From: Patescibacteria group bacterium
GTDB lineage: Bacteria > Patescibacteriota > Patescibacteriia > UBA10025 > JAHIVO01
Assembly (NCBI GenBank): GCA_028718605.1
Contig: JAQULM010000002.1
Span: 129,776 to 193,775, forward strand
Length of the DNA: 64,000 bases
Direction of reading: 5' to 3'
Shown: piece by piece, positions 30,383 to 39,348 of the stretch
Layout: every line of letters starts with the position of its first letter
Position numbering within the stretch: the first letter of the stretch is position 1
Made by a program: the position numbers and the translations under genes
Notes under the pieces: model-generated
Database searches by the model: none
Told to the model about the DNA's origin: nothing
The model's input: only the letters and a program-made list of their open reading frames with translations

Positions 30383-31516
30383 ATGAAACATGTCATTTTT
30401 TCAGGCATCCAGCCGTCAGGCCAGCTCCACATCGGCAACTATTTTGGAGCGATTCGGTCGTGGCTTGATCTGCAGAAGCAGCCAGGAACGACATGTATTT
30501 TTGCGATTGTCGACTACCACGCACTGACCGAGGGTCCAGACCCAAAAGAATTGGAACAGCGCATTTTTGATACCACGGTGGACTTCCTGGCGGCTGGCCT
30601 CAACCCGCAGAAAAGCACGATTATGCTGCAGTCGCTCGTCCCGGAACATACCGACCTCGCGTGGATCCTCAACTGCGTAACGCCGATCTCATGGCTCGAA
30701 CGCGTACCCACGTTTAAGGAAAAGGCAGCGCAGTTCAAAAATAACCTCAATATGGGCTTGATGGACTATCCCATCTTGATGGCCGCCGACATCCTGCTGT
30801 ACAACGCCACACTTGTGCCAGTCGGCCTGGACCAACTGCCACACCTAGAACTTGCCCGCGAGATCGCGAGAAGCTTCAACGCGCGGTACGGGAAGACGTT
30901 CGTGGAACCAGCGGATAGAATAACACCGACGCCAAAAATCATGAGCCTTACGGATCCCACTAAAAAAATGTCGAAGAGCCTGGGGATAAAAGCATACATC
31001 GCCCTCTCCGACGAACCAGCAGTTATCGAGAAAAAGATCGCGTCGCTCCCGACCGCGACCGGCAATGAGGCAACCATCATCCAGGAACTTCTCAAGAGTA
31101 CCAAAGAAATCCATGAGGAATTCAAGGACATCACGGCGAGCAAAACGGCAGATCGACAGATCACGACGGAAGCTGACCTGAACGCGCTCCGGAAAAAGCT
31201 CGGTGACGCGAAATACCGGACGTTCATGGCACTCTACAACTTTTACATGCTCCTGTACATCTTCGCATCGGCGCATGACCGGCGCCGCTTCCTGGACGAA
31301 CTCCAAAAAGGGACAGCGCAGTTTTCGGTATACAAGAAATTGCTCTCAAACCGCATTGCAACGTACCCGCCGTTTGTCGCATTCCGCAAGAAACGCGCCG
31401 AGCTTGTCCGCAACCCCAAACAGGTGGAAAAAACGCTCCGCGACGGCAGCGCACGCGCGCGGCGCCATGCAATCCGCAATCTCACCATCATCAAGAAAAA
31501 AATCGGCCTGGCATAA
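30383..31516 (+). CDS. trpS: Tryptophan--tRNA ligase
   Basis: HIGN (GIQPSGQLHIGNY) and KMSKS (KKMSKSLG) class-I motifs; TrpS-like core plus a C-terminal extension. Confidence 0.9.
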   Translation: MKHVIFSGIQPSGQLHIGNYFGAIRSWLDLQKQPGTTCIFAIVDYHALTEGPDPKELEQRIFDTTVDFLAAGLNPQKSTIMLQSLVPEHTDLAWILNCVTPISWLERVPTFKEKAAQFKNNLNMGLMDYPILMAADILLYNATLVPVGLDQLPHLELAREIARSFNARYGKTFVEPADRITPTPKIMSLTDPTKKMSKSLGIKAYIALSDEPAVIEKKIASLPTATGNEATIIQELLKSTKEIHEEFKDITASKTADRQITTEADLNALRKKLGDAKYRTFMALYNFYMLLYIFASAHDRRRFLDELQKGTAQFSVYKKLLSNRIATYPPFVAFRKKRAELVRNPKQVEKTLRDGSARARRHAIRNLTIIKKKIGLA

Positions 31517-31629
31517 ATAGATAACCCGCACCTTCTCTATTACTGACGCCGTCAGTCTCTGAAAATCGGAGGGTGCGATTTTGGAATACTTAGGAAAACA
31601 AAGAAAAAAGGAAATACAAGGAGGTAACA

Positions 31630-32766
31630 ATGCCCTTTACAGACCACCGACTGGACGGCTGTGTCCACGAACTCGTAGAGTCCCCTTTTGATGGCGGATT
31701 CACCATTGTACGGCACTTACCAGAGGTACCACCTGACCAACAAGAGGCGTATATTCGTGAACTGCTGTCACATTGGCGCTCAAGGGCAACGAATCGAACT
31801 GGGCTGATGCCGCTTGAAGAATGGTGTTTCTACTGCGGAAACGACAGGCAGTATACGTATCCTGATGAGGCAACCCATCAGACAGACTCAGGTCTCATCC
31901 GTGTAGTCACCTTGAAACAAGTTCCGCTTCGAACCGGAATCCCGATTGACCGGACCCCAGCTGACGAGACGTACAGCAGGAAAAACGCGTACGGGGCACT
32001 CGAGCGGATCATCCTGCCGAGCCACGACCGCCGCATTGCTGAACTCGACGCCGGTACCTTCGGCCTCTGCCTGCAGATTGCCGCCAGCCGAATCGCAGAC
32101 CTGGCCCGAGACCCGAACCTGAAATACGTCACGTTCTTCGTCGACGGCAATGGCGTAGTTGAGGATTGCGGCTTCATCCACACTCAGCTTCAGGTCATCG
32201 GCGTAACCGACGTACCGAAAATCAGAATCGCCCCCCAGTTGCAACGCTCTCTTGGATTCTACTATGGCCAGCAGAAAGAGCGCTGCCTTACCTGCGAAAC
32301 GATCGGCACGGAGCTGAAGAGGATTGACCGAATCGTTCTCACAACCGACCATTTCCTGTCGTGGATTCCATACGCGTCCCGGAGCCCCCTCGAAGTATGT
32401 TTCACGCCCCTTGACCATGCCGCGTCATATGAAGAAACGCCGCCGAGCCAGTTCGCTGAACTCGCCGGCCTCATCCTGGATGTGGTCCGGAAGCTCGAAC
32501 TGCTCCTCGGTACGCGGTTCCCATACCAGCTCAAGCTATTCAACGCGCCAGTCTGGTCATTCGGCCGTTTCCCCAATGGAAGCCCGGAAGTGAAGCGTGA
32601 GCACATTCAAAACGCATTCCATTGGCGCCTCGTCCTCGACCCAAACCTTGAGATCCCGGCTGTTATCAGGGAAGTCGTCGACTACGACATCAACGTGCTG
32701 CCGCCTAAGGTTGGTGCGATGCTCCTGCGCCTCCCTGACCACGAAATAAGCAAATGGACCAGCTGA
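31630..32766 (+). CDS. GalT-like (HIT superfamily) hexose-1-phosphate nucleotidyltransferase family protein, divergent
   Basis: CFYCGND resembles the GalT zinc motif CFLCAGN. DHFLSWIPYASRSP and HWRLVLDP align to the GalT motifs EHWLAVVPYWAAWP and HWQLHAHFYP. The canonical HPHGQ is replaced by IHTQLQ. AAGGAGGT Shine-Dalgarno site upstream. Confidence 0.5.
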   Translation: MPFTDHRLDGCVHELVESPFDGGFTIVRHLPEVPPDQQEAYIRELLSHWRSRATNRTGLMPLEEWCFYCGNDRQYTYPDEATHQTDSGLIRVVTLKQVPLRTGIPIDRTPADETYSRKNAYGALERIILPSHDRRIAELDAGTFGLCLQIAASRIADLARDPNLKYVTFFVDGNGVVEDCGFIHTQLQVIGVTDVPKIRIAPQLQRSLGFYYGQQKERCLTCETIGTELKRIDRIVLTTDHFLSWIPYASRSPLEVCFTPLDHAASYEETPPSQFAELAGLILDVVRKLELLLGTRFPYQLKLFNAPVWSFGRFPNGSPEVKREHIQNAFHWRLVLDPNLEIPAVIREVVDYDINVLPPKVGAMLLRLPDHEISKWTS

Positions 32767-32852
32767 AACAACGCTTGGGCATCCGTGCCAAGCACAAACA
32801 CACCCGTGTGCCTTCCAAATAGGCCACGGGTGATTATTTTACAATAGAACGG

Positions 32853-33416
32853 CTATGCCTTCCCGACGTACTTGCCCGTATCGGTATTGAGCACTATCAT
32901 GGCGCCCTCTTCGATGAAGAGCGGTGCGTCCATGACATACCCCGTTTCGAGCGTGACTTTTTTCAACACTGAACCCTGCGCCGTATCGCCCCGAATGCCC
33001 GGGGGCGCCGAGGTAACCCGGTACTCAATCTTCTTCGGGAGCTCAACGGTAATCGGATTGCCATTGAAATTGAGCACATCAACTTCGAGGTTCTCCTTCA
33101 GAAACGCAACTTTATCAGCGCCGATCTGGTCCTCGGTAACAAAAAACTGGTCGTACGTGGACGAATCCATGAAGTAATAATTTGAGTCTTCGCGGTATAA
33201 AAAATTCGCTTTCGAACGGCTGATATCAGCCGGCTCGACTTTATCCTGCCCCTTGAATGACCGGTCGAGCGTCTTGCCGGTCTTCAGCGCCTGAATCGTG
33301 GTCCGCATGACCCCCTGGCCACGCCCCATTTTCACAAAATCATGCTTCAGTATCACGTACGGCTCCCCGTCGAGGACGATATACACCCCTGCTTTGAGAT
33401 CATTGATGACCAGCAT
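32853..33416 (-). CDS. efp: Elongation factor P (Arg variant at the modification site)
   Basis: 187 aa EF-P fold. The loop FVKMGRGQG aligns to E. coli FVKPGKGQA, giving Arg where the beta-lysylated Lys34 usually sits. Confidence 0.9.
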   Translation of the reverse strand: MLVINDLKAGVYIVLDGEPYVILKHDFVKMGRGQGVMRTTIQALKTGKTLDRSFKGQDKVEPADISRSKANFLYREDSNYYFMDSSTYDQFFVTEDQIGADKVAFLKENLEVDVLNFNGNPITVELPKKIEYRVTSAPPGIRGDTAQGSVLKKVTLETGYVMDAPLFIEEGAMIVLNTDTGKYVGKA

Positions 33417-33419
33417 ACG

Positions 33420-33653
33420 CTACCGCAATGTATACGGCAGGAGCGCCATAAAACGCGCCCGCTTAATAGCCTCTGCAAGCTTGCGCTGGTGCTTCGCGCA
33501 AATGCCAGTTTTCTTACGGGGCAGAATTTTCCCGTACGAGGATGTAAACCGCTGGAGGAGCTTGATGTCTTTATAATCGACCTCGCTCATCGCGTTCGTG
33601 CAGAAATGGCACTCTCGCTGGACGATGACGACTTTGGTTCTTGGTTTTCGCAT
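33420..33653 (-). CDS. rpsR: 30S ribosomal protein S18
   Basis: [13 protein letters not shown]...[34 protein letters not shown]. Start at the internal Met. Confidence 0.85.
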   Translation of the reverse strand: MRKPRTKVVIVQRECHFCTNAMSEVDYKDIKLLQRFTSSYGKILPRKKTGICAKHQRKLAEAIKRARFMALLPYTLR

Positions 33654-33716
33654 AATGTGTTGGCCTTTTAGGTATGAATACAAGCATGGATTGCTCAAGC
33701 GCTGCGCCTACCGATG

Positions 33717-34160
33717 CTAGAACGGGATATCTTCAACGTTAATTTCCGGCTCACCGGATCCTGCGGGTTCCGGCTGTGCCCCTTCCGCTGCGGCAGGTGC
33801 ATTTTTTGATGATGGAGCCGCGGCCCCCGCACCTGGCCGGTCGAGCATGATCATATTTTCCGCAATAATTTCGGTCCGATAGCGTTTCACGCCGCTCTGG
33901 TCATCCCACGACCGGGTCTGGAGGCGGCCTTCGATATACACCTTGCTGCCCTTCTTGAGGTACTGCCCGACGATTTCCGCGAGCCGGCGCCATGCAACAA
34001 CCGTATGGTATTCAACCTGGTCTTGCTGCTGGCCGGATTGGTTTTTCCAACGGCGGTTTGTCGCAATGCCAATGGTGGCGACATTCTGGCCTGTTGGCGT
34101 TGTACGCACCTCAGGATCGCGCGTTACATTCCCGATAAGCATAACCTTATTCAAATTCAT
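33717..34160 (-). CDS. ssb: Single-stranded DNA-binding protein
   Basis: OB-fold N-terminus (NKVMLIGNVTRDPEVR), Gly/Ala/Pro-rich linker, acidic tail ending DIPF. Confidence 0.9.
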   Translation of the reverse strand: MNLNKVMLIGNVTRDPEVRTTPTGQNVATIGIATNRRWKNQSGQQQDQVEYHTVVAWRRLAEIVGQYLKKGSKVYIEGRLQTRSWDDQSGVKRYRTEIIAENMIMLDRPGAGAAAPSSKNAPAAAEGAQPEPAGSGEPEINVEDIPF

Positions 34161-34177
34161 ATGCGTAAAAGCGGAGA

Positions 34178-34681
34178 TTAAAATTCTTCCTTCAATATCT
34201 CATCGAGTTTCTTATCGAGGTCTTCAAGGCTGATTTTTGTCTCCTTTTTCGGTTCTTCCGAAACTGGCTTCGGCGGCTCAACAGGGGCAGCTGTTGCTGC
34301 TTGTTCTTGCGCGGCAACGCGTTGCTCTGCAGCACGCTTCGCCACAATTTTTTCACGCAACATGCGTTCAGCATTCACTTCCTGCGCAGTTTTCACGCGC
34401 TTGGTTAAAACCTGATACCGCAGGAGTTCCGGCATAAGTTTCAGGGTTGCATTCAAATTCTTCGGCAGAGACGACTCTGCGTCAAATTCAACCAGTACAT
34501 ACGCCCCATATTTCTCATGGCGTATATCATAGGCGAGTTTCCGCTTACCCCACTCCTCGGTCACGGTAACACGGCCTCCCTGCTGCACGATGCTTTCCTG
34601 GATCTTTTTCACGAGCGGCTCATGGTGCCGGTCGTCGACGCTCGATGAGATGATGAACAAAAGTTCGTAGTGCTGTACCAT
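34178..34681 (-). CDS. rpsF: 30S ribosomal protein S6 (with C-terminal charged extension)
   Basis: YELLFIISSS...GRV...EWGKRKLAY. Classic rpsF-ssb-rpsR order. Confidence 0.9.
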   Translation of the reverse strand: MVQHYELLFIISSSVDDRHHEPLVKKIQESIVQQGGRVTVTEEWGKRKLAYDIRHEKYGAYVLVEFDAESSLPKNLNATLKLMPELLRYQVLTKRVKTAQEVNAERMLREKIVAKRAAEQRVAAQEQAATAAPVEPPKPVSEEPKKETKISLEDLDKKLDEILKEEF

Positions 34682-34865
34682 ACGTACATTACGTTATTAT
34701 TACGGGTTTCATTTGGAAAGATTTCTGCTTCGAGGAACGGCCGTCTCTGTGGATAAAAAAACCGCTCCGCTTCTAGCACTTCACAGTATGTGGAGTCTAC
34801 CATACCGCCTGAAAAAACGCAAGGATGGCGCATAAGCGCCGGAACCTGCTATACTGTGAGTTGGT

Positions 34866-36101
34866 ATGCCCATATTGTGCTTCATTCTCGGTAATAATCC
34901 GCTCCTCTCACTCGCTGAGATTTTTTGCTACGCCCAATCAAACCACTGCGAGCTGAAAATCAAGGAAATTACACGGCAAGCGCTCGTCGTTGAAGCAGGC
35001 AGTGATATTGACGTTCGTGGGTGGCAGCGTTCGCTGGGGGGTTGTGTCAAAATCGGGACTGTCGTACAGACGTACGACAGCATCGCGTCGCTGACGCACG
35101 AGATGAATGCCACCGACGTAATAAAAAAATTCCTGCACCAGACGCAGCGAAAAATCCAATTTGGAATTTCTATCTATGGAGAAATGGCACGGACCTACCA
35201 GCGGCAGCTTGAGCGGACCGCGCTCCAGGTCAAGCGCGAGCTCTCAGAGTCCGGGTTTTCCAGCCGCGTCATCACGAGCGATACCGGGGCATTGACGAGC
35301 GTCCAAATCACGAAAAATAAAATTATCGAGCGCGGCGCCGAGATACTCGTTATCGCCGGATTGAACGCGTTCTATCTCGGAAAAACTCTTACGGTCCAGG
35401 AATTCGAAGAGTACTCCTACCGCGATTATGAACGGCCGGAGCGTGATTCGCGCAGCGGCATGCTTCCGCCAAAAGTAGCGAAGATAATGATTAACTTCTC
35501 GCGCACGCCGATGGTGGACCGCCTGCTGGATCCTTTTTGCGGTTCCGGCACGATCCTGCAGGAAGCGTGCCTCCTGGGGTTCGAAAAACTCATCGGAGCT
35601 GATATCAGCGAAAAGGCAATTTCCGACACGAGGAACAACCTCCGTTGGCTGGCAGAACACTACAGCGTGCCTACGGAACAAATCCAGCTCCACATTTCTG
35701 ACGTTGCGCACCTCGCTGCCATGCTCCAGCCTGAGTCGATCGATGCAATCGTGACTGAACCGTACCTCGGGCCGCCCGGGGCAAAAGACTTGAAGACAAT
35801 CGACATGCTTACATTGATACCGGAACTTGAATCCCAGTACCTCACCGCGTTTGCAACATTTAAAAAAATTACCAAACCCGGAGCGCGAATCGTCATCGTC
35901 TTCCCGCTGTTCAAAACAAAACATGGAATCTATGCCCTCAAGGTCCTCGAAACCCTCCAGCAGCAGGGTTTCCGCCGCGTGAATCCGATTCCCGAGGAAG
36001 CATCGCTCTTCGCAAAAGTAGGCCCAACAGCGCGCGGGTCCCTGGTTTACAGCCGCCCGGACCAGACAGTCCAGCGGGAACTCTTTATTTTTGAGCGATA
36101 A
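34866..36101 (+). CDS. THUMP/Trm11-RlmL-like SAM-dependent RNA (guanine-N2) methyltransferase
   Basis: Motif I DPFCGSGT and the following acidic-loop region. N-terminal THUMP-like part. Confidence 0.6.
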   Translation: MPILCFILGNNPLLSLAEIFCYAQSNHCELKIKEITRQALVVEAGSDIDVRGWQRSLGGCVKIGTVVQTYDSIASLTHEMNATDVIKKFLHQTQRKIQFGISIYGEMARTYQRQLERTALQVKRELSESGFSSRVITSDTGALTSVQITKNKIIERGAEILVIAGLNAFYLGKTLTVQEFEEYSYRDYERPERDSRSGMLPPKVAKIMINFSRTPMVDRLLDPFCGSGTILQEACLLGFEKLIGADISEKAISDTRNNLRWLAEHYSVPTEQIQLHISDVAHLAAMLQPESIDAIVTEPYLGPPGAKDLKTIDMLTLIPELESQYLTAFATFKKITKPGARIVIVFPLFKTKHGIYALKVLETLQQQGFRRVNPIPEEASLFAKVGPTARGSLVYSRPDQTVQRELFIFER

Positions 36102-36176
36102 ATCAGAGCCGCGGCGAATCATGGTGCCACGGCTCATAAACGATACTCGAGGTACGCTTCCTCCTACTGGTAATTG

Positions 36177-36216
36177 TGCTTCTCGATACAATCCGGACGC
36201 GAGAAGTGCTTTTTTT
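36177..36216 (+). terminator. Intrinsic terminator after the methyltransferase gene (cttctcg...cgagaag, T7)
   Basis: 7-bp stem with a 14-nt loop, followed by TTTTTTT. Confidence 0.5.
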
Positions 36217-36668
36217 CTGTCGAAGAGCAAGTCCGGAAGGGCAAGGCACGGGTGGCCCGCGTGCGGTAGCAGCTTTTGGCTACTCCCGGCTCGATTGCCC
36301 AAAGGGCGATCACCTCCTCTCTACACTGCGAAAATGAGGACAACAGACTTCTCCGAAAAGAGAGTGCGATCCGGGAACATACTCATGCCTCCTTTCTACT
36401 GCACGTGCCATCTCCAGCAGCACGTGCGTTGCGTTGCGATAACTCGGGCAATCCAACACCATGTCCGCGGCGGGAAATACGCTCTCCGCTTAAACAACCG
36501 GGACATTCGATTGGTACATGAATGCGGAAAAGACATCTACGGCCTCCTTCGGAGTGTGTAGACGTATGTCAAACAACATACTATCACTACTTCAAGTATA
36601 GCGCATCAGTATGGAAAAACAAGGGGTTGTGCATAACTCCTCATACTTTTTCATACGCCGGGAACCCA

Positions 36669-37715
36669 TTAAATCCTGAAGTAAATCACATCACCGTCCT
36701 GGACAATATACTCACGGCCTTCGATCCGCACTCTGCCTTTCGCTTTCGCGCCTGTTTCACCTCCGTACGTGACGATATCCTGCCACGACGCCACCTCTGC
36801 GCGAATGAATTTCTCCTCAAAATCAGAATGGATCCTGCCGCCCGCCACCGGCGCTGGCGCGCCCCGCTGCACGGTCCAGGCATGGGTTTCCTTGGGCCCC
36901 GCGGTGAAAAACGTAATGAGGTCAAGCGTACGGTATGCCGCTGAAATAAGCCGATCCAAGCCGGTACTCGTTAATCCGAGGGTGCGAAGGTACTCGCGCG
37001 CATCTGTCTCTGGCATCTCGGCAAGTTCTGCTTCTACTTTTGCACTAATAACAACATAACCCGGTTGCTCGTGTGCTGCAGACGATTCGTCCACATTGAG
37101 GACGTAGAGCATCGGCTTCAGAGTGAGCAGGTTCAGGTCGCGGATCCCCGCTTGCTCCTCGTCTGTCAGTTGGGCGTCAGCGAGCAGTGTCCCACGGTCA
37201 AGAATGCCCCGTACTTTTTCATACAGCCCAAGAGCGATGATGCCCTCCTTGTCCCCGCTCCGCGCTCGGGGAGCGGTCTCCTCGATGCGGCGGATGACAG
37301 TCGCGAGGTCGGCATAGACAAGCTCAAGGTTGATCGTCTGCTTGTCGGATTCCGGATCCACGTGCCCGCTGACGTGCGTGACGTCGGGATCGGTAAATCC
37401 GCGGACGACCTGGCAGATCGCATCAACCGTCCTGATGTGTGACAGGAATTTATTGCCCAAGCCCTCGCCCGTGTGTGCACCCGCAACTAATCCGGCAATA
37501 TCGACAAATTCAATAACGGTCGGGACGACTGCCGCGGATTGGTACACGGCGACTAATTTCTGGAGCCGGTCGTCCGGAACGGGAACGATACCGACGTTCG
37601 GATCGATCGTGCAGAACGGATAGTTTGCCGTATCGACCTGCTTCTTGGTCAGGGCTTTGAATAATGTTGACTTGCCGACGTTCGGCAAGCCGACGATGCC
37701 AACGGTAAGTTTCAT
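36669..37715 (-). CDS. ychF: Ribosome-binding ATPase YchF (Obg family)
   Basis: G1 motif GIVGLPNVGKSTLF; C-terminal TGS domain. TACAAT lies 8 nt upstream of the ATG. Confidence 0.9.
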   Translation of the reverse strand: MKLTVGIVGLPNVGKSTLFKALTKKQVDTANYPFCTIDPNVGIVPVPDDRLQKLVAVYQSAAVVPTVIEFVDIAGLVAGAHTGEGLGNKFLSHIRTVDAICQVVRGFTDPDVTHVSGHVDPESDKQTINLELVYADLATVIRRIEETAPRARSGDKEGIIALGLYEKVRGILDRGTLLADAQLTDEEQAGIRDLNLLTLKPMLYVLNVDESSAAHEQPGYVVISAKVEAELAEMPETDAREYLRTLGLTSTGLDRLISAAYRTLDLITFFTAGPKETHAWTVQRGAPAPVAGGRIHSDFEEKFIRAEVASWQDIVTYGGETGAKAKGRVRIEGREYIVQDGDVIYFRI

Positions 37716-37754
37716 ATGCTTCCATTGTACCAGAGAACCCCGTATAATAGAACT

Positions 37755-38471
37755 ATGCCGCACCGTTTTTTCATTCCATCACTGCTGATTGCCAATTCAA
37801 TTGCGACAATCAGCGACCCCAAAGTGGTCCGCCAGATCACGAACGTTTTGCGGATGAAGAAAAATGACCTGTTCACCGTTTTCTCCGAACAGACAGAATA
37901 CGACCTGGTTATCAAGGATATCGCGCCCCACCAGATTACGGCGACAGCGCTCGCAAGCCGGAAGCTAGAACGCGAACCAGCACGCCAGGTAATCCTGTAC
38001 CAATCGCTTCTCAAGAAGGACTGGTTTGAATTTATACTCCAGAAAGGGACCGAACTGGGAATCAAAGCCTTTGTGCCCCTGATCTGCCAAAATTCGATCG
38101 TACGGGACATCTCACCGAACAAAATGGCTCGTTACCAAGCAATTCTGAAGGAAGCGACCGAGCAATGCGGCGGAGGATCAATTCCCACGCTTGAACCGGC
38201 AATACCATTCGGAGAGGCCTTGCAAATTGCATGCAGTAAGGGCGGGCAAGTACTCTTTGCCTGGGAGGGGGAAACGGTGCAAATGCTTCCGAGCGTACTT
38301 GACCGCAGCGCTCGTTCATACCATCTGATTATCGGGCCTGAGGGAGGCTTTTCTGCGGACGAAATCAAGGAGGCTGAGCGCATGAACGTGCACCGAGTCA
38401 GCCTGGGCCGGCGGATCCTGAGGGCGGAAACTGCTGCCATTGCCGCAGCAAGCCTGATTCTATTGAGCTAA
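37755..38471 (+). CDS. rsmE: 16S rRNA (uracil1498-N3)-methyltransferase RsmE
   Basis: SPOUT C-terminal region HLIIGPEGGFSADEI...RILRAETAAI. TATAAT lies 6 nt upstream of the ATG. Confidence 0.85.
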   Translation: MPHRFFIPSLLIANSIATISDPKVVRQITNVLRMKKNDLFTVFSEQTEYDLVIKDIAPHQITATALASRKLEREPARQVILYQSLLKKDWFEFILQKGTELGIKAFVPLICQNSIVRDISPNKMARYQAILKEATEQCGGGSIPTLEPAIPFGEALQIACSKGGQVLFAWEGETVQMLPSVLDRSARSYHLIIGPEGGFSADEIKEAERMNVHRVSLGRRILRAETAAIAAASLILLS

Positions 38472-38523
38472 TACATTGAATCATGATATACTGAAAGCAT
38501 AAACAAGCATTAATAAGACTCTT

Positions 38524-39300
38524 ATGTTCGAGAATGTTCAACGCCAACAACCCGCACAGCCTGTCCCGCAGCCTGCGCCACAGAAAGATTGGGGTCCCTG
38601 GCGGCCCGTAGGACAAACGCGGTCAGCAGGACCGATGCCGCCACCGCCACTCGACCAATCACCCGTTCCGCCGCCTCCACGAGAAGGAGTCCCAATACCG
38701 GCACCGCGGCGCCAATTCCCGACACCTCCCTCAACGCCGACCTCTATGCCTCCGCTGCCTGTCGATATGGAACCCACGCCTCCGCCATCCAATAAACGGA
38801 AGCTCATCATGATTGGCGTTATCATCTTCGCACTCGTCATTGTCGTCATTGCCGGCGCTGTAGTCGCGTTGAGCTATTTCAGTAAAAACTCCAATGGGAA
38901 TACCAACGTGGAAGAAAATACGAACACAGAAGCCAATACGAACGTGAATGAAAATGTGAACACCGCTGCCAACACGAACGTGAACACGAACAGCACGAGC
39001 AACGTCAATTGGTGGGCGAACGTGAACACGAACAGCAACGCAAACAGGAATACGAACGGAAATCTGAATTCAAACACGAATAGAAATGTGAATACCACTA
39101 CAAACACGAATGCCACAAACGGCAATCAGAACGTCAATTACAATCTCGACAGTGATAATGACGGCCTGACTGATGAAGAGGAGGACCTCTGGACAACCGA
39201 TCGGCTCGATCCGGACACTGATGGTGACGGCTACCTCGACGGCGCTGAAATAGAAAACGGATTTAACCCACTGAAGGGTGACGGCGCAAAACTCCTCTAA
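38524..39300 (+). CDS. Membrane-anchored protein with Pro-rich N-terminus, Asn/Thr-rich low-complexity repeats and C-terminal TSP3-like Ca-binding motifs
   Basis: One TM helix (IMIGVIIFALVIVVIAGAVVAL). Repeats NTN(V/A/S)N. DSDNDGLTDEEED and DPDTDGDGYLDG resemble DxDxDG calcium loops. Confidence 0.6.
   Translation: MFENVQRQQPAQPVPQPAPQKDWGPWRPVGQTRSAGPMPPPPLDQSPVPPPPREGVPIPAPRRQFPTPPSTPTSMPPLPVDMEPTPPPSNKRKLIMIGVIIFALVIVVIAGAVVALSYFSKNSNGNTNVEENTNTEANTNVNENVNTAANTNVNTNSTSNVNWWANVNTNSNANRNTNGNLNSNTNRNVNTTTNTNATNGNQNVNYNLDSDNDGLTDEEEDLWTTDRLDPDTDGDGYLDGAEIENGFNPLKGDGAKLL
38890..39125 (+). repeat. Imperfect tandem AAYACGAAC-type repeats encoding the Asn-Thr-Asn low-complexity segment
   Basis: Reiterated aatacgaac / aacacgaac / gtgaacacg units visible in the DNA. 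Confidence 0.5.
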
Positions 39301-39315
39301 CTCAATTCGAAAACT

Positions 39316-39348
39316 GAAAACCAGGGCGACCGCCCTGGTTTTTTTTAT
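39316..39348. terminator. Bidirectional intrinsic terminator between convergent genes (ccagggc-gacc-gccctgg, T8 / A-run)
   Basis: Perfect 7-bp stem flanked by AAAACC and TTTTTTTT. Confidence 0.6.

Noticed and set aside
35244-36302. 352-aa minus-strand ORF
   Set aside because: It lies entirely antisense to the THUMP/Trm11-like methyltransferase gene, which carries the DPFCGSGT motif. Its product has no recognisable features. Long antisense ORFs of this kind are typical in GC-rich coding DNA.
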